Positions 1 to 13,819 of a stretch of 64,000 nucleotides of DNA are shown here, in pieces. Below the pieces are notes generated by a model. That model ran no database searches. It worked only from the letters and a program-made list of their open reading frames with translations, and was not told where the DNA came from. A program made the translations under genes and the position numbers. Origin of the DNA: Octopus vulgaris (lineage: Eukaryota). The first letter of the stretch is position 1. Each line of letters begins with the position of its first letter. The stretch is taken from contig OX597838.1 of NCBI GenBank assembly GCA_951406725.2, positions 25,792,001 to 25,856,000 of the forward strand. Reading direction: 5' to 3'.

Positions 1-88
1 GGATTTTTACACCTGAAGAATTTCAGTGTAGCCCAGAACAGGCGTTGAGTGCTTCTCTGGAAATACTCTACCTTTGTACTCTACCACA

Positions 89-126
<38 letters not shown>

Positions 127-289
127 TCACACATACACAGTTCCACCATCTACATTCACACATACCTGTTTATATATATTCGTTAGTGAAAGATTTAGAT
201 CTCTCGGTTGAAGACTTACTTTAATGTCACAAATATGGAGAAAAAAAATTGACTTACTTATTTGATTTTTTGTGTTCATTTTCCTTAAG

Positions 290-381
290 GAGGACCTCTG
301 TGCCCTCATCTGTAATGTTGTCACCATCATCCCTCAGAGTATCGCGATCCAGCTTCACATTGAATACACAGGAAGAAAAAG
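290..381 (+). CDS. Candidate near-terminal exon of an unidentified upstream gene
   Basis: Pyrimidine tract ttccttaag| and donor AAG|gtagaa; two open frames (RTSVPSSVMLSPSSLRVSRSSFTLNTQEEK or EDLCALICNVV...); no homology recognised. Confidence 0.35.
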
Positions 382-672
382 GTAGAAGAAAAAAAAATAG
401 AATTAATTTAATGAATTAGTAATTTCTTTAGTATTTGAAGAGGAGATTTGAAAGAAGGAAAACAATTTAGTTTGCTTTGCTGGAAGTTTCTAGATTTCTA
501 AATATGTAATTACTTAATTAATCCAACATCTATTGAAATAATGTAATGGAGAAGCAGTAGTGATATGTTTGTATTATTATACTGTGCTGAAGTGGTGTTT
601 GTTGTGCTATGGGATGAAAAATAGACGAACTTCACCAGGCAGTTCTCTTTAATCACAGTATTAAAAAATCTA

Positions 673-709
<37 letters not shown>

Positions 710-977
710 GCAGATGAGATCTAAGACTGCTCAAGTGATTTGAACTTACTCTCTGAAACCTATGTGTATATATTTGGTATATGAAACCCAAGCAGTTTTA
801 TTGTTTCTTTGCACATATACACACATTTTTTTATTCTGTGATTAAAGGGCACTGCCTATACATATACACACACACACACACAAAATGTTATGAAAATCAC
901 TGTGCATTTATAGTATGTTAATAAAAATATAACTGCATGGAGACTTTTAAACACATTGTATCTCTCTCTATTTCTCC

Positions 978-1035
<58 letters not shown>

Positions 1036-3362
1036 ATGTGTGTGGATGCATGTATATCTACACTGTTTTCATTGGTTTTACTTTTGATCTTGATCAATTG
1101 TCTTATTCCTCTGTCTTAATTACAAAAGTGTAGACTTGATTTGAACTAGCGACCTTTACTCTTGTACTAAAAGTAACAACATTCTTATCCACTCAGCCAC
1201 TGACACATGTACAGTGTTATTACTTTTAGTTTATAAACTGAAGTTCCAAGTTCATATCAACCCCGGTCCTATTGTGCACATCCAGGCAGGAATAAGATTC
1301 CTGATGACAACTGAAACTTGCTGTGAATATAAATATTGCAAGATTTCTTGCAAAAATGAATATCATTAGTGTGACAGTTTAATCTATTCAACAGCTTATC
1401 TCGGACATTAAAAATGTGTATGCATTTGGATGTACATAAGAGGGAATGAAGAATGTACTCTATACATGTAGTAGAGTAGGGTTAATAGTGCTCTACTCAA
1501 AATGTAGTTCTCTGCATGTAGTAGAAGTCGTACATTTATTCAAAACTGAGACTTCACACTGTTGTCTATTTTGAGTTTCTTATTACTATCATGTCCTTAA
1601 GTCACCATGAGGAACTTAACTGGAAACTTATATATATATATATGTATGTATGTATATTTATGTATTCGTTATTAGTGATGGAAGTGACATTAGTTAAAAA
1701 TAGCATTCTGTATATCATACTTAACACAGATACATGTTGAAAGCCTGGAAATTGCTGCTGTATTTGTCTTGCCAAAGCAGCTCTTATGAATATATAGTGT
1801 GAAAAGAAACAACAAAAAACAAAGATATATATCAGTCACAAAAGACAGCACCAGTGACCATCACTCCTGATATATTTCTGTGGTTTTTAATGCTATATGT
1901 CTATAAGAGATTCTATTTAAAATGAATGCTGCAGTTTATCTGAGTATATATCTGCATTAAGTATAGTATACAGAATGCATACATATACATGCCAATATGA
2001 GAGGCAGAACAAAGTACAATATTTATATTATTTTATCAGAGCTGAGGAATTCCATCACTGACTTAACAGCCAACAGTTTCTTGCAAACTTATTGTATAGT
2101 TTGATTAGTGTGTTTTGCACAAAACTCTTGGCCCTTGAATCACCGGTGTAGTTTCTCAGCAATGTATAAAATTATATATGTGTTTGTCTTACAAAGGGCC
2201 CTGTCTAAAATGTTTATCTCGTCTCTTCTTAATGCCACCCAGCTCTAAAATGCACCACTTCAGTTTATGATTCTAAATTCAGGCATGACCATCACTAGAT
2301 CATATCTGTTTCAGTTCTAATTTTACTGACTGTCCCTTCATTATTTCTGTAGACTGTTTGAAACTTAAGTTTTTCTTGACCCTTTAGCATTCAGATTATT
2401 CTATCAGGTTTAATTAACACTTATTTATTCACTTTGTTTTGAACTGATCATGACTTTGATGATGTAATTGTGTAATTTTAAAATGACATTATCAGGTAGG
2501 TGTGAGAGGCTGCATCTGGCCAGTTTGAATTTAAAACGAGTAGAATATTTGTGCCTGATATGACTGGTTTAAATGCTAAAGGGTTAATTTTAGCAACATC
2601 TTTTATACAACAAGGACCTTTATTACACCTATAATTCTTATGAAGGAATTACATGTCTTATCTATATTCCTTCATAATAATTACAGGTGTTTACTATACA
2701 GAACAGCTTGTGTTTATAACTCCTGTATACTACATCCTCTGTATTACCCTTGAAAGAGTACAATCTTTGTGGTACTCTTATATAGAACAGCTTATGCACA
2801 TCACTCTTGTATCACACAACATCTGTATATCACTCCTATAAAACTCTGACTCTGTGACACTCTTATACAGTATAATCACTGAGTATCTTTTTCTGTTCAG
2901 CATGGTTTCCCTGTGTATCCTTCCCGTACAGATCAGCACTTGTACCATTCAACATCTGTTTATATATCCTTTAAAACAATGCTGTGGCACACTTATACAA
3001 TACAACCTCTGTGTATCTCTCTCTCCTGTACAGCACACTTTCTCTGTGTATCCTTCCTGTGCAGCATGGTGTCTCTGTTAAGTTGTATTGTTTACTCCTT
3101 GCACCAGCTTCTGTGTCACCATACTGTTCTACACCAAAACACACACACCTTCGTTTACCTTTTGGCTCTCACGGAAACCCCTTGTCCTCTGCAACAGTAC
3201 TGCTCTGCATTTGTACTGTGAGGGTTAGCACAGCGGTCCCTAACCTCCTGCACCACAGACTGGTTTCATGCGAGGCAAATTTTCCCCACAGACTGGGGAG
3301 ATCACATGCATAACGAAACACAATAAAGCTTATAATATATAATCTAATTATTACATATACAT

Positions 3363-3393
<31 letters not shown>

Positions 3394-3948
3394 CATATGT
3401 AACGCAAAAAAATGCTGCAGACTGTGATAGTCTATAAAATAGAATAAAATTTTAAAATTTATTTTCTCTGCAGCCCAGTATCACAATGATCCCTGGTGCT
3501 GGTCTGCAGTTATAGGACGACATTTATTATATATAGAGAAGAGATGGTTGTTTATTCATTAGATGTGTTGCTGCTGATGCCTATGAGGATGATGATGATG
3601 ATAACAATGGTGGTGGTGGTGGTGTTGACGACTCATGGTTGTGGTATTGAATGATAGCACTGAAGATTTTGGGGGAGTGACACTTGTCTGTAATTGTTCG
3701 GATTACTTGCTTGGTTTGTTTTAGTTACTTTCCCCATGATGTGAATGAAATCTCATGCTTCAGTCTTGCTAAAACAGACACACACTCACTCACACACACA
3801 CACACACACAAAGCTTTGCAATTACACAAAATGGTTGGTGGATTAAATTGACAGACCTTGTTTTAGGCCAAAATGCTGTGTCATTTCCTCTGGCTCTTTG
3901 CAATCTGAGTTCAAATTACATATATTCATATCTATGTGTTCATGTATA

Positions 3949-3991
<43 letters not shown>

Positions 3992-4881
3992 TCACACACA
4001 CGTTTATATACACAGTAGAAATATGTGCACACACAATTTCAATGTATGGAGCTTGCTTAATTATTTCCATTTTCTGATACTTAATCACAGTACACATATG
4101 CGCATTTGTACGTACATGCATTTATACATACACGCATTTATACATACACGCATTTATACATACATGCATTTATACATACATACATGTGTATATACATATA
4201 TAATCTGTACTAATGTGAATTTCAATATGAATCTCATTTTCTTTTTTTTCTTTTTGTTTCTCAGGTAATGCTTACAAATGTACCTGTTATTGAGAATGCA
4301 TACATACACATATATGTACACACACACACACATTCATCCAGACACATGCATACAAATACACTCCCCCTCTCTCTCTCTGTCCTACTCATGAAGGAGCTTA
4401 CCCCCCCCCCCCCAGTCCTTTCACCACCACTCTGTAGATACCAGAAAGAAGGACACACAGACATTATCTTTTCACACACACTCCCACACACATTTTACCA
4501 TTATTATAAGCTACCTAACAATCCAAATTTGCAAACTGTACTTAGACCATTTATCCTTTTACTAGATCCAGTCTATACTATCAGCTGTATTGAACCCTTG
4601 CTCACAAAATACTTTATTGTTGCTTTACATCTGCTTTTCCATGCTAGCATGGGTTGGGTGGGTTTTATGAGGTGGTGTTTTACAGCCAGATGTCCTTCCT
4701 GTTCCCAATCCTCTGACTCACTTAATCACCACTTATGGCATGCAGGGATGTGGTGTACCTATTTTTGAAATGGGAATACATAATAATCTAAACTTACTAC
4801 ATTTAGGTTTCCCCTTTTCTCTCTCTCCACACACACCATAATACATATATATACATACATACATTATATATATCTATATGA

Positions 4882-4934
<53 letters not shown>

Positions 4935-5971
4935 TATTTGCATACACATTTGACAGCAACCTCTTTTAAGTCATTGAGGTAGACTGTTGGTCATTCAACC
5001 TTCTAGAAGCAACAGCTAAATCTCACTCAAATCATGCTATAACTGTTTTTAAATGGGAATGACACATGGGATAATCTAAAACAGAAAATGGGATGGTCTT
5101 GGCCAGAGAACCTTTGACTACATGTCTGCTTGGTCAGAGCTGAAATGGGGTTAAATAATAACAACACCTTTGAATGTTAACTGTGTCTGTCTTAGATTCT
5201 TAGTTCATGCGAAAGCAACGGACTACAGTTAAGACTAGTGTCTTCTGTTCTATGATTCTGAACCAACCTGCTATTAGTTAGAGCTGGTTGCTTCATGTTT
5301 GTTGCTGTTGCTGTTGTTTATAACCCAGACCAACCCTGATTTTGCAGACCAGTTTGTCAAAAGTGCTTCAACCAGGACCATTCTATCCACCTTCCAGTTC
5401 TACTTTATCTAATGTATCCTTCTCGAAGACAGTCATATGTGGTTCAAGACAGATTTACCTCATTATAACTGCTATTTGTTGGTGTTTACTTAAGAACATT
5501 GGTTAGTTCTGTCAATTTATTTAACATTCCAGAATCTTAGCAGCATTGAAGTAGAGTAATATTAAACCTGTTCACTGTCATAGAAGTGGGACTTATTTAT
5601 TTAATTTGTGTCCTTTAGAAACCCTACCACTTCACCTCTTTCTAAGCTTGGGCAATAAACCTATCTTCTTAAAACCTGGGGAAAAAAACACATACGCATT
5701 GGTTGTTGTTTGGCCAAAGGTTCTTACCTAGGTTTAATTGTGGTTTTTTGATCAAAATGTTGGGGCACCCCCTCCACCTTTGATTTTCTTTTTTTTTTTT
5801 TTTTTTAAAAACCATTTTCCTTTGGGTGTAAGTTCAAGGTCTTTGTTTGTTGACCAATTTTAGAGGTTGCTAACAATGACCTTATTCTACTTGCACTTTG
5901 CCCTTCAAGAAACTTGGTCTTGGTTACTAGTGCCACAACCATTTCAAGGGCATTTTTTTCCAGCTATATGA

Positions 5972-6006
<35 letters not shown>

Positions 6007-6755
6007 GGTGTATGTGTGCACACCTGTATATATATATGTATAATCATATATAAAACGTATGATTATTTTTTTCATACGAAAACATAAAAGCACTTATGTG
6101 TATGTATGTGTGTGGCTACAAAGAAACACTCTGAGACTTCACACAGCTGTCATCATGCTGAGATGTCTGCACTCATCCTCTGTCACCTGCCGATCAATGC
6201 AGCCATTTCAGTTAGTGCTTGGCCAGCTGTATGGATGGAAACAAAAAGTTATTGAACGAGGAGTTTGTTGCTTCATACATACTGTAAACAAAGCCATTCT
6301 ATCCATGCTTGCATGGTTAGAATGGATTTGAAAATGAACCGGGGGTTAAATAAAAAAAAAAAAAAGAAGACAAATCAAAGGTTTTTTTTCCACCCCTGAC
6401 CCCATAACTTTTGATCTTCTCATCACTGAGATTTGTTATGCCAGAAATAAATTGAGGTGGGTTTAATTGGTAGGGCTTTAAAACTACATAAGAATACATA
6501 TTTGATACAGGGTGGGGTAGGTTCTAGAATATGCTATCACGTCAATTGTTAAATGCATATCAGAAGTGCCCTTTATCTGATGGCTTCTGCAGTTTCTGTT
6601 CATTCCATTTTCACACATAAAGCTCAAGAAGATTCTTACCCAAGGTGATCGAGCCCAAAGTATCATCACAATTGCAAAGCAAGCGTCTTAACCATCTGAC
6701 ACCAATGTACGAGCGCATGTGCACACAGACATTACATACACCATATACATGTCTA

Positions 6756-6975
6756 TGGGCGGCGAGCTGGCAGAAACGTTAGCACGCCGGGTGAAATGCA
6801 TAGCTTTATTTCGTCTGCCGTTAAGTGTTCTGGGTTCAAATTCCGCCTAGGTCGACTTTGCCTTTCATCCTTTCGGGGTCGATAAATTAAGTACCAGTTA
6901 CGCACTGGGGTCGATGTAATCGACTTAATCCCTTTGTCTGTCCTTGCTTAGCCCCTTGTGGGTAGTAAAGACATA
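6756..6975 (+). mobile_element. tRNA-derived SINE family B (GGCGGCGAGCTGGCAGAA head)
   Basis: 14-bp TSD CATATACATGTCTA. Other copies at ~33137-33366(-), 36593-36867(-), 47030-47261(-), 51755-51970(+), 54405-54636(-), 57325-57505(+), 58426-58654(-), 59025-59227(-). Confidence 0.85.
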
Positions 6976-7530
6976 CATATACATGTCTAAATATCACGAC
7001 AAAGATCTCACATGTTCCGGTGTCATATCTACTAAAACGTTGACATAAGTCACTTAAAAAACAAATCCGATATATAAAGCATAGCTAAGTGGCAACAAAT
7101 ACTCGCAACAGTAATTTCTGTTGTGTAGGCATGTTTAGTTAAGTAAGTGGAGCTTTACTTGCATATAACAATAGTTCTTCATACATTTTGAGTAGTTAGA
7201 TCAGCAACTAGATGTAGATATTTCCAGGTCAAACAGGCCCAAGCTGTGCTTTCTGTCACAATGGCTAAAGAATACTTGTAACCTGAAACTCTGTATCTCA
7301 GATATCCTGAGCACTGTGGTCTGTTGTGTATAACACTTAGCACTTTTTTTGATAAAAGCAATTCTTGGAACTCTTGGCACTTGAGCCCCTCTTTTAACTT
7401 CTTAACTGGTCATGTGTGTATACAGTCACACACATACACACACATTAATGTTTGTTTTTATGTTCAGTTATGATAAAAACAATTGTACATTAATCTGATG
7501 GGTTACTCTATGCTTTTGTAGAGTACAAGT

Positions 7531-7682
7531 TTATTTTCTTAAACAAGATGTTGTTGACTGTGACTTCAAAGTTTTGGCTGGCTAAGTCATCATCAAACTC
7601 TAATGCCATTGCAGTTTGATGAGGGCTTAGCTGGCCAAAGCTTTGCAATCAATGTCAACAACATTCTTATTTAAGGATAATA
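7531..7682. repeat. Diverged palindromic element with hammerhead-like remnants
   Basis: Imperfect arms, each with TTGATGA..gcc-AAA; partial copy at ~39945-40003. Confidence 0.55.
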
Positions 7683-7700
7683 TATATATATATATATATA

Positions 7701-8084
7701 CTAGCAGTATCGCCCGGCGTTGCTCGGGTTTGTAAGGAAATAACTATAAAGCATTTTTAGAGAGTTATAGCCAAAAAATAGCAAAAAAATGGGAAAAAAA
7801 ATGATGGTAAATTTTTTTTGATAGTTAAAAAGGTCGAGTTGCGTCCCCTAGACCATCTGTGGTTTGTGTTTCTGATTGTCGACCCCATGTCGAATTTATC
7901 GATCTTTTTCAGAACTCGGGGAACTTTTCAAAATTTTCGCTGCGTTAGTTTTGAATTATGACATTGGGCTATGTGTGTGTCAAGTTTCATCAGAATCGGT
8001 TGAAAGCCGTGGTCAGGGTGAGGGTACAAGCAAACAGACACACAGAAACACACACAGACAAACTGCCGTTTATATATAGAGAGA
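7701..8084 (-). mobile_element. Non-autonomous Helitron
   Basis: Minus strand reads A|TC...hairpin (cccgagcaacgccggg)...CTAG|T; internal ACAG/ACAC microsatellite. Confidence 0.8.
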
Positions 8085-8099
8085 TATATATATATATAT

Positions 8100-8130
<31 letters not shown>

Positions 8131-9386
8131 TGTATTATGTTTTTCTAGTTTGTTTATTTGTTCCACTAAGCACTTGTATATTATACACATACATACACAG
8201 AAGCTTATGGCTATTCGTTTAAGATGTTTGATTTGCACTCGCATGGTTTTTGGGTTAGATCCTTTTGGATGGCACCTTGGGCAAATGTCTTCTGCTCTAG
8301 CCTTGGGCTGACTGATGCTTTGTGAGTGAAATTTAGAAGGTAGAAACTTGGTGTGCGTTTTGTTTCCACATGTCTTCATATTGACACTCCTTGGTTAGAA
8401 GGACTTGTGTTTGATCTTGCAGCTTGGTGTTTTCAATATTTGAAGAGCAGTGGAATAAAGTACCTGCCTTGAAGACGAGGGTTAACATCAGGAAGGGCAT
8501 CAGGCCAGAGAATACTCCCTCATGAATTCTTGTCCAACTCATATCAGCATGGGGAAAACAGTCATGATGAAAACACTATATACATACATGTATATATGTA
8601 TGTATAGATATATATATATAAACAAATTTATATGTAGGTCTACATATATACATACATACACACACACACACATACATACACATTCAAACATGCATTTGTG
8701 TCTATGTAAACCCACATGAATAATTTTGATTATGTATATGTGCCTGTATACAAATACACCCCATTTCACACACCTACATAAGAGGGAATTTAATAAAAAT
8801 GATTTTAAAAATTACATAAAGAAAAATATTACTGGTAAAATTTTCTTTGTATAAATTTTAAAATAATTTTTATTAAATCATCTCTTAAATTGAAATGCCT
8901 CAGACTTCCATCTGTGCTATTTCCACCTCCATCTTATATAAATATATATATATATATATATATAATTCACATAATTCAGTGTATTTTTAGTTTTGAAATC
9001 CTGTGGCACAAACTTTTACTGATGACAGCTTTTTGCAGTAACTCTAACTTCACGGACCATCAGGTGACAATTTTCAGAGATCACAGCACACACTGCAACC
9101 ACATGACCATTTTATATACCCACACACATAAATGTGATTATAGATATATCTGCAAGTATATATGAATACGACACAAACATGCATTTATATAGTCGTAAAT
9201 TACTCTCCCTTATTCTCGTGTGTGTGTGTCTATGTATGTGTATATTTTATATACATACATACATACATATATATATATGTAAATTTAGTTAGAGACATAG
9301 ATATGTAGATATATCTGCAAGTATATGTGAATACATACATAAATGTATGCATACCCACAGATTTCTTTATTACTCTCATATATGTA

Positions 9387-9423
<37 letters not shown>

Positions 9424-9861
9424 GTAGGTAGATAGATAGAAATATTGATACATAGATGTGTAGGTATACAGATATATAATAAAGCTTATATGAATAAATA
9501 CACACAGCCTGTATCTATACACTCTGATTGCTCTCTCTTTCTCATATTTATAAATATTTAAACAGCTAGACAGGCATACATAGACTATATAAAAGTAAAC
9601 ACTATCACACTTAAAACACTGCTTCCTACTTCAAGAGTTAATGTTTCCTAAAAACAAAACAATAAAAAATGGTAATTGCTTGTAGTATTTTTGTTATTTT
9701 GTGTGTTTTTTTTAAAAATTTCATTATGGCTTTTTTCCTTTAAACACTTTTGTTTTATTGTGGAAATACTGCTTTTAAGCCATTCTTCGGTTCTTTTCCC
9801 CCACCCCCCATTTTTTCTGTGTACATGTTTTCTATCCATTCCATTGTTTCATTGTTCAATG

Positions 9862-9896
<35 letters not shown>

Positions 9897-10817
9897 CACA
9901 CACATATATATATACACACGTATATATACTTATACATACATATACACACATATATATACATGTACACACACACCACATTGGGTTGTTGGATAAATTTGTT
10001 GGGTTTTTTTTTGAGTCCACTTGACATTTCATTGTCATGTGTGAAAAGAGATAAAATCTATTGAAATTGGGGAAAAAAAAGGAATACAAACAAGTTGTAG
10101 AAGAAGAAGAAGACAAGAGCTACACAATAAAAGCCCTATGACATATGGGAAAATTATTTTCCATGTTAATTCAAACAATTTTGGAAATTAATAGAGAAAA
10201 AAAAAATGAATGAATTTATCTGAGAAGCTCAATACATTGCACAAAATCTAGACCTCCCCCTCTCTCTTTCTCTCTCTCTCTCACACACTTATTTCCATAC
10301 TTCTTACTCTTTCTCCTGTTTGTGCTCCCTCTCACTTTCTCCTTTTTCGTCTTCCCTTTCTCTAACTTTCTCACTAACACCATATGTTAATTAACATTAA
10401 TTTCAAATTAAGGCAACAAACTAGCAGAATTGTTAACATGCCAGGCAAAATGCTTAGTGGCATTTCGTCCTGTCTTGACATTCTGAGTTCAAATTCCACC
10501 AGGGTTGACTTTGCCTTTCATCCTTTCGGGGTCGATGAAATAAGTACCAGTTGAGTACTGGGGTCGATCTAATCGACTTACCCCATACCTTGAATATTAA
10601 TTACAAATTGTTAATAATATTGTTTATTGTATCTTTTTTCCCCTATTTGTTTTCACTTTGTTCTTTAATATTGTTTAAAAAAAAAATTAACACTGAAAAA
10701 CTGACATTTTGTTCCTCTTTCTGACTTAAATAAAGTATTTACTACTTGTTCTATTGGCTTTGGATTATTATTGTTGTTGTTCTTATTATAATTGTAGTTA
10801 TTGTTTTTATTTCAAGG

Positions 10818-11000
10818 ATTATCACCTCCACCTTAGCGAATGTGGAGGTATTATTTTCATTCATGTTTGTTTGTTTGTCTGTGGAAAAGATCTCAAGAAT
10901 CACTGGATGGAATTGGTTGAAACTTGCAGAGATGTTTGGTCTTGTGACTGGATCGAACTGATTAGATTTTGAGATCAATCCAGTACCACAAGGAAAACAC
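10818..11000. mobile_element. Helentron-associated (HINE/DINE-like) element remnant
   Basis: Terminal hairpin acctccac...gtggaggt followed by (GTTT)n and the gaaactt motif typical of such elements. Confidence 0.5.
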
Positions 11001-11034
11001 TGATATCTTTCAGAAGTAGGACCTAGACCCGATG

Positions 11035-11876
11035 TGACCTTCAAAATGACTTAGATGAATGGGAAGCTCGGACTCTGCCCAGGTCACTGATATTGTCAGC
11101 CTATTCTTACTTTCAAAAATTAAGGAAGAATTCCCTAATATCTGTGGAGGTTTGTATAGAGACGATGTGTTATTCGTTATTTTCGGCTCCTCTGCACAAG
11201 CAACTGATAGGGTAAAGGAAAAATTGATAAATTTTTGCAAATCATATAATTTAGATATTATATTTGAAAATGCCACTAAATGTGTTAACATATTGGATGT
11301 AACATTAAATTTAGATAATGGCTTATTTTATCCTTACCATAAGCCTAATAAAACCATTAAGTATATCCATGCCTTATCAAATCATCCCCAAAGTGTTATT
11401 AATGGGGTAGTCAAATGTATGTCGATAAGAATCTCTAATTTGTCTGGAAACAAAAATATTTTTTTTATAACTTTGCACCCTTTTATAATACAGCATTGAA
11501 GGAAAGTGGATTCAATAAGAAGATACATACAATATTTAAAAGTAAATTAGGTAAATGTTTTCCAAATATTGTGAAATTATGCAGACGCAACTCCCATGAA
11601 AACCCCACTGAGCATAGGAGCCAATATAATAGAAGATACTATATTTCATTTAATTATAATAACAACTATACAGTGAGGAAATGGGAAATTATCCGGTTCA
11701 GGTTTCCTTTTTCCATCCAAGTCAGAAACCTCCCTAAATTATTTTTTAGGATTATTGACAGGAATTTCCCATTAGGCCATAAATACCATTCCATCTTTAA
11801 TAGGTCCTGCCTTAAATTATCGTACTCAACCACACCCAACCTAGGATCTACAACTGCGGCCAACAATAGATTTAAA
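11035..11876 (+). mobile_element. Penelope-like retroelement fragment (Naiad/Chlamys-type RT and thumb), frameshifted
   Basis: MGSSDSAQVTDIV, GLYRDD, VNILDVTLNL, YHKPN..YIHALSNHP, then FPFS..IDRNFP..HSIFNRSCLKLSYSTTPN; no GIY-YIG domain present. Confidence 0.85.
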
Positions 11877-12150
11877 CAGTTCTATATTTAAGAGATGAGG
11901 AATTATGTGTATTATTTACATTAATTACATTTGATGGATATTTGTCCTCATCTTGTTTGTTGTTAACAATGTTTCGGCTGATATATCCTCCAACATTCAT
12001 TAGGTGTCTTGGGGAAATTTCGAACCTGGGTTCTCATTCCAAAGGTATTTTCTGATATTATTATAATTATTATTATTATTCAGGTCACTGCCTGGAATCG
12101 AACTTGGAATCTTGGGGTTAGTAGCCCGAACTCTTAACCACTATGCCATA
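11877..12150 (-). mobile_element. tRNA-headed SINE-like element with degenerate hammerhead tail
   Basis: A box TGGCATAGTGG, B box GTTCGATTCC, (AAT)n, then gacacCTAATGA...cagccGAAACattGTT. The tail recurs at 16739-16962 and the head at ~35864-35948. Confidence 0.65.
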
Positions 12151-12609
12151 TATGTGTGTATATACATATATATGCAACAGGCTTCTTTCAGTTTCTATCT
12201 ACCAAATGTCCTTACTGTTTCGGGCTGTTTGTAAGAAAGCTAGCGAATGTGTACAGCAACGAAGACAAGAGACAGAGGAGATGGTACACAATAACAAATA
12301 CAAACAATGTGAATATAACAACAGGTGTCTTTCAACTGAGAATAAATCAAATTGAGCTGATGTGTATGAAGTGAAAGCCTGAAGGCAGGAACATAGGAGA
12401 TGGACACAAGACGTGTTGACGGTTGGCAGTCAGGCCAAGAAAGAAAGATCATGGTTGGCCGGACAGCAGTCACTTGGTAGGAGGATAGAATATATATATA
12501 TATATACATACCGGAGTAAACACATAAATGTGAAACAAGGTGGAAAAAAGAGTACTCAAATACCAGTGGTAGAGTAATATGCTTTATTTAAAGCAGCAGA
12601 AAATTAAAC

Positions 12610-12657
12610 AAAACCTGTTACTCTGAGTTTCCCGTTACCGTTCATCGGACAGTTTTT
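12610..12657 (-). ncRNA. Minimal type I hammerhead ribozyme-like motif (CCGAUGA core variant)
   Basis: ctgt-CCGATGA-acggtaacgg-GAAAC-TCAGA-GTA-acag, followed by AATAAA, between (TA)n tracts. Confidence 0.55.
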
Positions 12658-13040
12658 GCTAGAATTTTCTAGCTTTAAATAAAGTATATATATATATATA
12701 TATATACACGTGTACATACATATATATATGATTTTTTTAATTATATAATGCACACACAAGTATGCGTGTTTGTGAGTGTATGTATATATATGTGTGTGTG
12801 TGTATACTCATCTAAACCTAGATAAAAGTTCGGATATATTGCTTTGTAATAATTATGTTTGATAAATGGAGCTTATCTCACTGTTCATTTATCCAATGTG
12901 ACCGTTAATAATGCGTGACTTGAATGACTAAACAAAGTTTCTGTGAGGGTAGAATAAAGACTTACCAACCCACACAACTACCCAGCCATTCATCCACTTA
13001 TACACATGTATGTATGTGTGTGTATATATGTATGAATCTA

Positions 13041-13086
<46 letters not shown>

Positions 13087-13819
13087 ATGATGATGATATG
13101 TGCTTACCAACCACATGGTTATGGGTTCAGTCCCACTGCATGGCACCTTGGGCAAGTGTCTTCTACTATAGCCTTGTGAGTGGATTTGGTAGACGGAAAC
13201 TTAAAGAAGCCTGTCATATATATGTGTATGTGTGTGTATATGTTTGTGTGTCTGTGTTTGTCCCCCCAACATCGCTTGACAACTGATGGTGGTGTGTTTA
13301 CTTCCCCGTAACTTAGTGGTTCAGCATAAGAGACCGATAGAATAAGTACTAGGCTTACAAAGAATAAGTCCTAGGGTTGATTTGCTCGACTAAAGGCAGT
13401 GCTCCAGCATGGCCGCAGTCAAATGACTGAAACAAGTAAAAGAGTAAGAGTAAGCAATACATCATATATGACTACTTCTGTTGTAAGTACTTATAATGAT
13501 GACGATCATCATCATCATCATCATTGTTGTCTATTGCATGGGTTGGATGGAATATTTGTGGCAGATTTTCTATAGCCAGATGCTTTTCCTGCTGCCAATC
13601 TTTACCTGTTTCCAAGTAAGGTAATATTTTCCCATGACCAAACTTTTTTTTTACCACAGAAGATTGGAAACGAAGGACACCGCTTGCATGATGGTGGAAC
13701 TCATTTACAATTGTCATATGAAGTCAAGGCAAGGAGACAGTGCCATACATGCACATATATACACACACATAAATATACATTATATATATATTATATATAC
13801 ATATATATATATATATATC

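Noticed and set aside
1297-1328. attc-CTGATGA-caact-GAAAC...gaat hammerhead-like motif
   Set aside because: Stem II cannot form and there is no proper UH cleavage site; at best a remnant.
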